Origin: Minutocellus sp. GHC0000111
Taxonomy: Eukaryota
Length of the DNA: 64,000 nucleotides
Assembly: GCA_977018835.1 (NCBI GenBank)
Contig: OZ361260.1
Coordinates: 2,170,001 to 2,234,000 of the forward strand
Direction of reading: 5' to 3'
In this document: one piece after another, positions 45,709 to 56,200 of the stretch
How the letters are laid out: every line of letters begins with the position of its first letter
Numbering within the stretch: the first letter of the stretch is position 1
Translations under genes and position numbers: made by a program
Notes under the pieces: model-generated
The model's database searches: none
Seen by the model: the letters and a program-made list of their open reading frames with translations, nothing else
Told to the model about the DNA's origin: nothing

Positions 45709-46779
45709 TCACTTCAATCGGAGACTCTCAATTATCCTTCGAAGCTTTGTGGCATATTTCTCATCAGCAGCCCAATCCGCCTTCGGTGCAACCACTGTAC
45801 CGGTGATCAGCTTTTCACCATCCACAACGCCAATGACCGAGATGGCTCGCAACGGTACTCCTCTCTCCCCCCTATCAACCTCGTACTCAAACTGATATAA
45901 TGGTCCACCTCGACGAACTTCTGTCGCAGTGAGCAGAGTGCCCACACGGCCCGATCCCTCCGGCGCGAGAGATACCCGTATCAAGAACTCGGCGGCAACC
46001 TTCGGTGGGCCCAATTCTCTCAAGGAAAATCCCTTTCGCAATTGCGAGATGACAATCGATAAATTGGTATCGGCGCCTTGTGGAGTCAACCCTCTCGCAT
46101 CCTTCTTCCCCGGTGGTCCAAACGCCGCATCCGGAAGCACCCCAGCACCCGGCGCACCGCTGCTGGGACGTTTCATTCCATAATCCAACGTACCGGCTCG
46201 TCGTGTGGCCTTGGCAAGTTCCACCGCAGTATCGGCCACCCATTCTTTTGGAATTGTGACGGTATAACCCGCACCATTGAAACGCTTGAAGCCATTTACG
46301 GGATAGTAGGTGTCCAATCCAGTCGACTCGACCACCTCCGATGGCATCGTCCCGAGCAAATTTGAAGTGATGCCTAGAAAGTTCGCCGCCAGGGCAATTG
46401 ATGTCGAGGTTGTGAGGCTAAGGAATATTCTTCGAGGACTGGTGCCCATTGCCCTCATGAGGTCAGTGGAACTTGCTTGCTGCTGTGGCACTTGAATCTG
46501 CGGCGGCTTCGCTTCCACTGATGTTGCCGGTGTCAGAGGCTCTGACTGCTCTTCTCCCGTCGCATCATTTTCACTCTCCTTAGTTGTTGCGGAAACCGGC
46601 ACATGTTGCTCTTCCCTCGTCGCATCATTTTCACTCTGCTCGGTTGTTGCGGAAACCAGCACATATTGATGTCTCTCCTTGGTTGGGTGCCTCGCTGCAA
46701 TGTGATATGGCGACGAGAATGCACAAACTGACGATAAAACGGCACTGCCGACGCAGAATAGAGATACAGCGCGATGCAT
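45709..46779 (-). CDS. PPD7: Thylakoid PsbP-domain protein (PPD7-like)
   Basis: Signal plus CA|FSS; RRIFLSL...ALAANFLGITSNLL, GLDTYYPVNGFKRF, IPKEWVAD, AAFGPPG, YQFEY. Confidence 0.82.
   Translation of the reverse strand: MHRAVSLFCVGSAVLSSVCAFSSPYHIAARHPTKERHQYVLVSATTEQSENDATREEQHVPVSATTKESENDATGEEQSEPLTPATSVEAKPPQIQVPQQQASSTDLMRAMGTSPRRIFLSLTTSTSIALAANFLGITSNLLGTMPSEVVESTGLDTYYPVNGFKRFNGAGYTVTIPKEWVADTAVELAKATRRAGTLDYGMKRPSSGAPGAGVLPDAAFGPPGKKDARGLTPQGADTNLSIVISQLRKGFSLRELGPPKVAAEFLIRVSLAPEGSGRVGTLLTATEVRRGGPLYQFEYEVDRGERGVPLRAISVIGVVDGEKLITGTVVAPKADWAADEKYATKLRRIIESLRLK
46546..46665. repeat. 60-bp tandem duplication within the PPD7 presequence
   Basis: cgcatcattttcactct...gttgttgcggaaacc at 46561 and 46621 (VSATTxxSENDATxEEQ twice). 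Confidence 0.9.
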
Positions 46780-46986
46780 CGTCGTGTACGTGTGCTATTA
46801 TTACTTTATTCTGGCGGCAGGTTGTCAGGTAGTAGGGATCCCTGCCACTCTTTCCAGCATGCGATGGCATGAGTCATCAGCGCTCGCAGGCTTGGCGGCC
46901 GGCCGGCGGCGGCGGCAGTGATGGAATCTCCGGGTGTCCCAAACTACCTTGCGACACATGCGCCAATTTGCCTCATTTTCAAGAGC

Positions 46987-47697
46987 ATGGCCATGGCATT
47001 CGCCGCTGCTTCTCGCCCCCCGCCTGCGATAACTCCAGCATTACCGCCACCGTCTATCCCTCGCCTCATCTTACTTGATAGAGATGGCGTGGTGAATGAA
47101 GATGTTGGAGCCCCAGGCGTCATTGACCCCCGCCGCCAATTGCAGCTAACATCCAATGCCGGCAGGGCACTTGGACGGCTGCGGCGAAGAGGGTGCCACG
47201 TCTCTCTCATCACCAACCAAAGCTGCGTAGGCAAGGGTATAATATCAGAGCGTGAGCTAGATGATATTCATAAAAAGCTTGGGGAGATGCTTTTGGAGGA
47301 AGATGGGGATGCTGTCCTTGACAATGTGTACATCTGTACGTCGACGAGGGAGGATGACGACAGAAGGATGAAGCCAGGGCCTGGTATGATTGAGGAAGCA
47401 AAGCATGACTTTGGAAATAGGAACCAGAACGAATTCTCATGTGTATTTATAGGGGATACTTTAACGGATATGATGGCCGCAATGGCTGGAGGTGTAGGCC
47501 TTCGAGTGCTGGTCGAGACGGGCTACGGAAGAGTTTTGATGGGGAGAAATGCAGGGAAGATCCCTTCAGTCATAACTGAATTGACAGATGAAATGAACGC
47601 AGATCTTGCTCAGGTTCTGCCCTTTGTATATGTTGAGAATATGGCATGTGCTGTGGATTGGCTTCTTGGCGATGGTGATGCTGCTCTATTTCGCTAG
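46987..47697 (+). CDS. HAD subfamily IIIA phosphatase (GmhB/HisB-N-like)
   Basis: LLDRDGVVN, ITNQS, MKPGPGM, FIGDTLTDM, LVETGYG. Confidence 0.88.
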   Translation: MAMAFAAASRPPPAITPALPPPSIPRLILLDRDGVVNEDVGAPGVIDPRRQLQLTSNAGRALGRLRRRGCHVSLITNQSCVGKGIISERELDDIHKKLGEMLLEEDGDAVLDNVYICTSTREDDDRRMKPGPGMIEEAKHDFGNRNQNEFSCVFIGDTLTDMMAAMAGGVGLRVLVETGYGRVLMGRNAGKIPSVITELTDEMNADLAQVLPFVYVENMACAVDWLLGDGDAALFR

Positions 47698-47713
47698 CTA
47701 GCTAGAGGGTTCA

Positions 47714-49207
47714 TCAAGCAAGGATTCCTTGAAGGAGGTCACTGGACTTATCGAACTCTGCGAAATTATGGAGTATTCCAATATGGTCGCTGTCTTGTGT
47801 GAAAATCACCGCTGAATCAAAGGGCGTCATGTGGACAAATTCATTTGGTGGTGCCTGGCAGATCGTTTCGCTTCCTTCTCCGAACTGCATATGGACTGAC
47901 AATGGAGCAACACAGCTCGTTATTCGGCCCACTCTTCCAGCGAGGAATGGCTTGATGGGTAGTCCGTCTTCTTCGTAATAGTGACCTTTCTTGAAGAGAG
48001 CTCGAAATCTATTTGGGTCTGATCCGATTTCTCGAGGGAAAGGTACTTCGACGTACAGGTTCCCGCCCTGGCATTCTTTGCTGTGGAGCTCCTTCGTGGA
48101 TCTCGTTGTGTATGCAAATATATCAGAGCTTCGGTTTGCGTCGCATAGGGCTGCCATGATGATGTCATTAGAGCTCAGCGGTGTGTCATCCTGGGCACAA
48201 AGTTCCTTTCGTTTGGCATTGATCTTCTCCCTACTCAATGATAGATATTCGTGTTCTCTGTGAGGAATGGTCCACAGATTTTTGGATACGCCAACAACGA
48301 AAGGCAGTCCATACATGATGCCTTTATCCCGTTGCGAAAGGCTTTCTGATGAAATTGAATGCGTCGATTGCTCGGGGTTGTTCCATTTGATTGGTCGAGA
48401 TTTGTGTGCGTCGTGAAGAGAACTAAGCTGATCCATCAGGGCTGTGTATGTAACAATATCTCCGAGCACATGGCTCATGCCAATGAAGATGCATGCGTAA
48501 TTGTCGGGAAGAAGGACGACGCTCACCCGAAATAATGGTTCCTTATCTTCTATTTGTCGTAGGGTCGGTGCGCATGGCTCTGCAATCAGGTTTTGAATGT
48601 GGTTGTCAATGTAACTCAAGTAATTGCTCTCGTTGACTTTGGACGGACTTGGAAGCCGTTCCCTTGCATCAACAAATGAATATCTTTTGTCTGGAACGAA
48701 CTCTCCAGGGATTACACGAACTTGGCTGCCTTCAATACCACAGAATATAGAGACGGCCCGCCCAGTCAATATTCGATTATTGGGGTCGGATACGACCTTG
48801 TTTACTGTACCAAGAAAAGACTGCAGCGACTCGTTCGTAAAGCTCTTTACGAGTGAGAACGATCCAATAGAGGGCGCTCGTACGAGCACTGGTGTGGTCA
48901 AGCCCTTGACACATAACAGTGACGAATCCAATTCTTCCTCCGTAACATCGAGATGAAACAGTGATGTAGCAGTTTTTGCAATGGTGTGCTGGGCCCCTTC
49001 GACAATCGAAGACAGTGAAATGTATGGCTGCTGCGGTGGATCAATGTGATGTTCCGGCGCAGAGATGCTTGTGGCCGTCAATCGAACTTTGCTGGGTTGG
49101 TTGATCGGCGGCCGCAGCGGCTGTAGCATCACAAAGGACGTGCTCGGATTTGGAGCGAGCGCGAGGAGAAGTAGCGATAGTAATGATTGGCGGTGGAGTG
49201 GTGGCAT
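47714..49207 (-). CDS. Putative CoA-dependent (HxxxD) acyltransferase-fold protein with bipartite plastid-like presequence
   Basis: Signal plus STS|FVM; PLFRVSVV...GMSHVLGD; LSSNDIIMAAL. Confidence 0.62.
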   Translation of the reverse strand: MPPLHRQSLLSLLLLALAPNPSTSFVMLQPLRPPINQPSKVRLTATSISAPEHHIDPPQQPYISLSSIVEGAQHTIAKTATSLFHLDVTEEELDSSLLCVKGLTTPVLVRAPSIGSFSLVKSFTNESLQSFLGTVNKVVSDPNNRILTGRAVSIFCGIEGSQVRVIPGEFVPDKRYSFVDARERLPSPSKVNESNYLSYIDNHIQNLIAEPCAPTLRQIEDKEPLFRVSVVLLPDNYACIFIGMSHVLGDIVTYTALMDQLSSLHDAHKSRPIKWNNPEQSTHSISSESLSQRDKGIMYGLPFVVGVSKNLWTIPHREHEYLSLSREKINAKRKELCAQDDTPLSSNDIIMAALCDANRSSDIFAYTTRSTKELHSKECQGGNLYVEVPFPREIGSDPNRFRALFKKGHYYEEDGLPIKPFLAGRVGRITSCVAPLSVHMQFGEGSETICQAPPNEFVHMTPFDSAVIFTQDSDHIGILHNFAEFDKSSDLLQGILA

Positions 49208-49706
49208 ATTGAGAATGTTTAGTATTGTGGTTGGGGTATCTGCTTGCTTCTCGAGCGAAAGTTGTCACCGCCAATTTCGCGTGTCAGAGGGTTCGCGTAT
49301 CTTTGCGAACCCTGCTGTACGACGAATGAAGTCAGCACACTCATGGCGTGAGGGGTTGATGCTGGATCTATTCCAGATGTTCCACTTTGTGCACACTTGG
49401 AATATCATCAGTTGATACTACATTTTTTGTACAGGTAGGTAAATTTCTAAGTTAAAGATGCAGTAAACAATTGGTAGCCATCAATTTAGTTGTTCCTTCT
49501 TCCCTTTCTGTCGCAAAAGGAGAATCATCAAAAATATTCAATAAGTGGTAGTACCGGTAAGAATACCAGCCTTTCCATCGATCCATGTGGGTATTCTCGC
49601 TCGCAAAGAGGGATTACGCTTCATTGAAACCTGTTCTTTTCTTACCATTGACAAAGCGACCCAAACTCATTGGTGTTTGACCGGGCAAAGAGAGCCACCT
49701 ATGTAG

Positions 49707-52229
49707 CTAGATCTCGGGCAGATGAGACAGAGCGCAGTTGAAGAACTTGGGCCTGCAATCCGTGCTCCGGACCAGGGTGAGGTTGAGCCTCAGACGGTGG
49801 CCCTTGCTTCCGCTCTGGGTGACAATGCCAGACCAATGGTCCATCGGATTGGACCTGCCTCGCTGGCAGATGATCTGGCCAGGAGCTCCGCCTCCACCAT
49901 TGCCGCCGTTGCAACCGGGAGTGCCGGTAGCTCCACCGGAATTGTCAGCGAAGGTAACGTGATGAGGAGGCCGGCTGGGATTGTTGCTAAGTCGGTTGCC
50001 ATGGTTGGTCGGGCACTGGCGGGGGGAGCCATCCGAGGATGACAAAGACGATGGGTCGCTGCCATCGTCGCCCGACGAGGAGGAGGGCAGGCCGGGATGG
50101 TCCCCGGGGATCGGCACCGAGCGGAGCATGTCGCTCATGGCCCGGAACACGTCCTCCATACCCTCCCGACCGAGGAGGTTGAACAAACTCATCTTCTGCC
50201 CCTCCTCTCCCGGACCACCGACGAGGTCGGTACGGGCCCGGCCGGACAGGACGACGAACTCGTCGTTGCAGTCCACCAAGCGGCCGTCGATGGCGGCAAT
50301 GCCCAGGGCGATGCCACACGAGCTGAAGATGTTCTTGTAGTCCAGCCCACGGACGAAGACCAGGAGCTCGTCTTCGGGACTGCTGATGGATCGGAGGGAG
50401 GTACCGGCGACGGAGGAGGTGGCCGACGGTCCTCCTCCTGTCGCTCCGCCACTACCGCTGCCACCACTACCGCCGATGGTGTTGGGGATGACGGCGGCGT
50501 TGCTGCTGCCACCACCGATGCTGCCACTGATTCCACCCCCACCACCGCCGGCGCCGCCCATGGAGGCCGAGACGTCGCTCCCACCGGCGCTGGAGGAAGT
50601 GGGGCCGCCGCCGAACCCACCCCCGACGGAAAAGTCGTTGGGGGAGGACGAGGCCCCCGACGACGATCCCCCCTCGAGCACGTCGGAGGTCTTCTGGATG
50701 GTATCGAGGAGCTTGCTGTGCTCGACGTCGAGCAGGGCCTTGCGGCTTTGCAGCGACTTGATGTAGTCCGCGACGCCGACCAGCGTGGAGTGCTTGTCGG
50801 GCTTGAACTGGACGTTGGCGTCCATGAGGACGTCGCGGAGGTGGTTGATCTGGGCGGTGATCTGCTGGGAGCGCTGCTGCTCCCGGGCGTTCCGGTCCTT
50901 CCGGCGCTTGGCCCGGTCGGATTCGTCCTCGGACACCATGGACTTGGAGTATTCGGGAGGGCAGGGCCGCTTGGTCCCGGCGGTGTAGTTGTTGTACCCT
51001 GAACCTGCTGCTGCTGCCATTTGGTTCATGTTGGCGGTGGTCGTGGTCGCCGCCGTAGCCGTAGCTGGGGTCGGAGCCGCTGCTACGGCTCCCGGTGGTG
51101 GTGGTGGTGGGAACACCATCCCGGCTGCTCCCATACCCATTAGGTTCGGTTGCTGCTGTTGCTGTTGAGCCTGGGCCTGGGCAGCAACCGCCGCCTGAGC
51201 TTGCGCTTGAGCCTGTACCGAGCTGCTGGCCACCTGCTGCGGCGTCACGTTGAACTGCGACGCGGCGAGGGAGAAGAGCGGATCGAGCTGGGCCTGCTGC
51301 TGGGCCGCGGCGGCCGCCGCCGCCGCCATGGCCTGCTGCTGCTGCTGCAGGTTCATGGCAGCAGCAGCAGCCGGGGCAGGGGCCGTGGTACCGGGGGCAC
51401 CGGGATGGGCCAGGGCGGGCCTCTGCTGAGCCTGGGCCTGTGGCTGCTGGCCCGACTGAGCCTGAGCCTGAGCCTGCTGCGGGATGCCCCCGTGCAGCCT
51501 CCACGACAGTTCGGACGCCCCGACGGGCAGGTTGGACAGGAAGGGATTCTTGCCATTGCCGATGTTGCCGGAGTTGGTGTTGGCGCCGCTCGAGTCGGAC
51601 CGCGTCGAGCACGACAGGTCGGAGATGCCGTTCATCCCCGCCGTGCCGCTTCCGCCTCCTCCGTTCCCGCAAGCAGCCCCGCCCCGGGCAGTCGCCGCCG
51701 CCGCAGAAACCGCCGCCGCTCCGCCCGACGACCCGCCGCTGTTGCCGCTCCCGACGCTCCGGCCGTCGCCGAAGATGTCGAACAGGTCGGCCGACATGGC
51801 CGTCAGGGCCGCGTCGTCCGCCGGGGACAGCTCGTGCTGCTGCTGCTGGGCCTGCGGCTGCTGCTGCGGCTGCGGCTGATTTTGATTGCCTCCGCCTCCG
51901 AGGTACGTCATCATGTCCTGCCCCCCGAGGCTGGCCGTCTGGGCGGCGATCCCGCTTCCCGCCGCCGCCGCCGACTGCAGCAGGTGGTGGGCCGCCGCCG
52001 CCTCGACGTTTGCCTCTGCACCGGTGCGGGTCCCACCGCGATGGCCGCGGTGGCCGTGGTGACGGCGACGACCGCCGGCGCCGGCGGGGGCCGCACTTGC
52101 GCGCTTCCTGCACCGCTGCTTTCGACCGTCGCTGCTTTCCGACATTGTTTGGGTTCTTGCGTTGTTGTTTGCGTTGGTGGTGTTGGTATCGCTTCGGTTG
52201 GGACTGCTGCCGGTGTGATAACTGGGCAT
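49707..52229 (-). CDS. bHLH-PAS transcription factor (diatom bHLH1/RITMO1-like family); alternative start at 52145
   Basis: RNAREQQRSQQITAQINHLRDVL...PDKHSTLVGVADYIKSL; PAS: LDYKNIFSSCGIALGIAAIDGRLVDCNDEF...MSLFNLL; Q/A-rich N-terminus. Confidence 0.88.
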   Translation of the reverse strand: MPSYHTGSSPNRSDTNTTNANNNARTQTMSESSDGRKQRCRKRASAAPAGAGGRRRHHGHRGHRGGTRTGAEANVEAAAAHHLLQSAAAAGSGIAAQTASLGGQDMMTYLGGGGNQNQPQPQQQPQAQQQQHELSPADDAALTAMSADLFDIFGDGRSVGSGNSGGSSGGAAAVSAAAATARGGAACGNGGGGSGTAGMNGISDLSCSTRSDSSGANTNSGNIGNGKNPFLSNLPVGASELSWRLHGGIPQQAQAQAQSGQQPQAQAQQRPALAHPGAPGTTAPAPAAAAAMNLQQQQQAMAAAAAAAAQQQAQLDPLFSLAASQFNVTPQQVASSSVQAQAQAQAAVAAQAQAQQQQQQPNLMGMGAAGMVFPPPPPPGAVAAAPTPATATAATTTTANMNQMAAAAGSGYNNYTAGTKRPCPPEYSKSMVSEDESDRAKRRKDRNAREQQRSQQITAQINHLRDVLMDANVQFKPDKHSTLVGVADYIKSLQSRKALLDVEHSKLLDTIQKTSDVLEGGSSSGASSSPNDFSVGGGFGGGPTSSSAGGSDVSASMGGAGGGGGGISGSIGGGSSNAAVIPNTIGGSGGSGSGGATGGGPSATSSVAGTSLRSISSPEDELLVFVRGLDYKNIFSSCGIALGIAAIDGRLVDCNDEFVVLSGRARTDLVGGPGEEGQKMSLFNLLGREGMEDVFRAMSDMLRSVPIPGDHPGLPSSSSGDDGSDPSSLSSSDGSPRQCPTNHGNRLSNNPSRPPHHVTFADNSGGATGTPGCNGGNGGGGAPGQIICQRGRSNPMDHWSGIVTQSGSKGHRLRLNLTLVRSTDCRPKFFNCALSHLPEI

Positions 52230-53216
52230 GTATGTAATGCGTCTGTCTGGTGTTTGCTGTTGCTTTATGTGGTGATGTTGTAATAGAGTATGTTCGAATT
52301 GAATGAATCAATGAGAATCAAATCGATGGAATTCAGCATTCAGCCAGTTGTGCAAGTTGTGCCCGTTTTCGTGCGGTGGAGGCAAAATAAAGGACGGCAC
52401 GTTCCGGAAAAATTGAAGTTCGTGGGCCACGCACGGCAACTTTGGACCGCAGAGAATTTCCAAATGACGTCAAACCAACTGGGTTTTGTCGCGGAGAAGG
52501 TCGAAGAACCCAAGGGACCTCCACGAAACCTCGTTGTCCGGCGCAAAATGTGGGGAGCAGAGAAAGGATGACTTCAGCATCGAGCACAAATGCAGGAAAT
52601 TCGGAAACACAGGCTGCAGCGTCGACGTCAGCATTTCCGGGAGGCAGGCCGTTTGTGGACAAAGGGCTCAACAACACGGGGCAAATCATAGGGATGGTCG
52701 GGATGCAGGACGTGATGCCATTTGGAAAGCCTGCCACCTGCATGGTTGCAACGAGTTGAAGAAGGCGTCAAAAAGTTTCACACAAGGCTCTACTGGACCT
52801 GCATGGGCCAGCGCAGCACACCCACATGAAAAACATGCAGAAAAGCTGGTCGCTCGGGGGCTCGGGGGCCGGTTCGGTTGGTCGATCATCACATAAAATA
52901 CACCACCACTACATGGAACCAAGGCAATTGATACCTACCTACCTACTCAACCAAGAGAGACGAGACCCAAACACATTTGCATTTTCCTCTCTTCAAGCAC
53001 AGCGCACACGCACAGGTACCATCCCAACCCGAAAACCAGCACATAATAATTCAATAATTGTCAACATTCTCTTTCCAAGAACGCGCCGAATAAATTTAAT
53101 TCAAAGCAGCGCAGCGCAGGCCAAAAGTGAAGTACCGTTGCAGAATCTGCCCCTTGCAGCAGGGTGCTGTCCACCGAAGCGCGGAAGATACGAACACATA
53201 CTATAATATATATACC
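52230..53216. promoter_or_regulatory. Bidirectional promoter of the bHLH-PAS pair with TGACGT (bZIP/aureochrome-type) boxes
   Basis: TGACGTCA at 52465-52472; GACGTCA at 52624-52630. Confidence 0.5.
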
Positions 53217-56200
53217 ATGATGGACCCGGACGGGGAGGAGGTATGGAGCGACGAGGACATGGACGATGGCGGCGGCGTCGAAGCGCACGACGACGATGGT
53301 CACGGCTCCGTCGACGGACTGCACGTTGACGACGACGTCGAGGACGAGGGCGGTTCCGTCGGGGGTGGGCCGTCGCTTTCCCCCTCGGCCGCGTCGGGGG
53401 CGTCGGAGGAATCGTCGGGCCTCAGCGAGGAGGGCACCTGCACCACCGGAAGCAGCGGGAGCAGCAGCAGCACGGGCCGTCGCGGCGGCGGCGGCGGCGG
53501 CGAGGAGCAGCCGTCGTCTCCCGAGGCGGCGGCCGACGATGCTGCTGTGCGTCGCAAAGAGGGTGCTGCTGCTGGCAGCCGAAGAGGAGGAGGCGGCGGC
53601 GGACAGAAGCGCCGCGCGGCAGCAATGATGGCAGCGAGTGGAGATGACAATGATGTCAGCAACGGTGACGACGAGGAGGTTCGTGCGGCCAAGAAGAGGC
53701 CTCATCGGGCCACCGTCGACCCGAGCAGGACTGCCCAAATACCGGTACTCCCTCCAGCGTCAGATGCGGCCAAGGACAAGAAGCGAAGCAGCAAGAGCAA
53801 GAAGAAGAAATCAAAGAAGAAAGACAAAAGCAGCAGCAGGAGGAAAAGAGACGTCCAGGACGGAGCAGCAGCCGCAACCCCGATACATGGGGACGGCGGG
53901 TCCTCCTTAGAGCAGCAGTCGTCGTCGTCCGGGGGATCCCAATCGTCAATACCCTCCTTCGGCCACCAACAGGCCCCCAGGAGGCAGCGATCGCAAACCT
54001 CCATGGGGAGCGTCGGGGGGAACGTGTCTCTGCCCGGCCTCGGGCGGAGTCCCAGCAACGACGCCTTCTTCCGGTCCCTCCCGTCCTTCTCGTTTTCGGA
54101 CGTTGCCGGACAGTTTGGTGGCAACGGTGGCACCGGTGGTGCCGTGTCATCCCAGGCCCAGAGCACGGCGGCCTCCCTTCACGACTTGCAGGCCAACCTG
54201 GAGGCGGCCCTGGCTGGGTACAACAATACCGGCACGGCGGCGGCTCCGAACGGTGTCCTCGGTGGCAGTGCCTCCGAGGCGGCTGCGAGCCTGGCAGCAA
54301 CGGCTGCTACTACAGCTGCGGCGGCGGCCAATTCTGGGGGTGGCGGCGGCGGCGGTAGCGCCGCAGATGGTCTTCTTCTTCACTCGCACAGCCTGGCATC
54401 ACTGTTCGATACGGGTGGGAGCGCCTCGGCGGCGGCAGCGGCGGCTTCTACAGAAGCCCAGTCGCAGAGCAATCTGCTCGGCGGCCCCGCCACGGCTGCC
54501 CTCGGTACCAGCACTAGCACCAACAGTCTTTTCCTGGCTTCCTTGCCCGGATGGAATACATGCGCTGGGACTGTGCCTCAACCGGTTGTTCCATTGGCTG
54601 CGGCGGCGGCTCCTCCTGCCGATGCTGCGGCTTCAGTATCCCAACGCAAGCCCCAAGCCAAGAAGGGCAAAGACAAGAGCAAAAGCAAGAGCAAGAGCAG
54701 TAGCGATACCATGGGCCAATCCAAGAGCAAGAAGAAGTCGTCTACGGGTAGCAACAAGAAGCGGAGGCAAGAACGCCACCAACCACAACATCAACAGGCA
54801 TCTGTCTCCAGTGCGTCCGGAGGTAGCAGCGGCAATGCTCCGACCAAGGTCACCGAATCATCTTCGTCTGCCCACGAGTCGTCGTCGTCATCGAACGAGG
54901 ATCGAGCCCCGCGAGCGCAGCATGTACTACCGGCGCAGCCTCCCAATCCTCCTGTGCAACACCCGGCGCAATTCCAGCAACCTCTTCCGCAGCCGGTCAA
55001 TCAGCATAATCATCACCAGCACAACCAAAATGGTCAAGTGCAGCAGCAGCAGCAGCCACAGCAGCTCCATCCTCTTGCGATGGAGTCCACGGCAAACTGC
55101 CCTCCCATTCAGCCCGGTCTTACGGCAACGCCGGCGGGGTTTGGCATGCTTCCCTTCCTTGCCTTCAATCCGGCCGGCCTCGCCTCGATGTTGGGTTCTG
55201 CGGTACCGAATGCAGCTGCGTCTGCCGCTGGAATCCAGGGCATGGCATCTGCTGCGCCCTCTCTCGTCCCGCAGAACAACAATGCTGCAGCCGCCATGGC
55301 CGCGGCTGCCACACAGGGTATGAACCCGGCCCTTGCTGTGTTTCAACAGCAGCAGAGGGCCCTTGCTGCAGCATTGGCACAGCATCTCCAGCAGCAGCAG
55401 CAAAATGCAAACTCAAGTGCCGCAATAAATCCAGCTAATGTTGTTGTTCCTCCTGCACCACCGAGCAACCAAGACAGGAAACCGCCAGCAAAAAGAGCGG
55501 CCACGAAGCCTCCCGCGAAGAAGAATCGGAAGGCGACCGTCGCGTCCTCGTCGGGCAACACCTCTTCCTCTTCGACCGACATCCCCTCTGCATCGTCGGC
55601 ATCTGCGATGGGTGGAAGCAATACTAGTAGCAGTGGCACCACTGTCCCGCCATTCTATCTGTTCGACGCACCGTATGGTAAGTCACGATTTCGATTTGAC
55701 GATTATATGCTGTTTTGATGAAGTTTAGTCTTGAGATTACGTGACATATACTCATCGATTCCTTTCTACGATCGTGTCCTATATGTTCCCTCGATTCGTT
55801 GAAATCCAGAGCTTCGTATGAACTTTCTGCAAAGTCAGCGGATGCATGACGCATCCAACACCGCTGTTGGAGCTGCCGCGATGCCTGCTTCCTCCACACT
55901 GCCCACCCCTGCGCTCACGCCGGGTGGTCCTAACTCCTATCACTATGGCATGGCCGTATCCGGCGTAAGTGTCAACGGCTTTCATCCGCAGCTCAATGCC
56001 ATGTCCAACCCCACCTTGCCTCTTTCTGGTATTAACAGTATGGGCTTGGCCGCTGCCACCTCGGCCTCGATGATCCCATCGCAGCAAGGGGCTGGACAGA
56101 ACCAGAACGTCCGCCTTCTCGATGGCCGAAGCTTCCGTCCCGAACCTGCTAAGAAGATCATGTCAAAAGCAGCAATCAAAGAGCGCAATGAACGAGAGCA

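Noticed and set aside
46546..46665. CRISPR-like or mobile repeat
   Set aside because: Only two in-frame 60-bp copies inside a coding presequence; no spacers; eukaryotic context
49700..55400. Long overlapping antisense and alternate-frame ORFs (e.g. 50467-52311, 51150-52283, 54103-55323)
   Set aside because: Shadow ORFs of GC-rich, low-complexity coding sequence with no motifs
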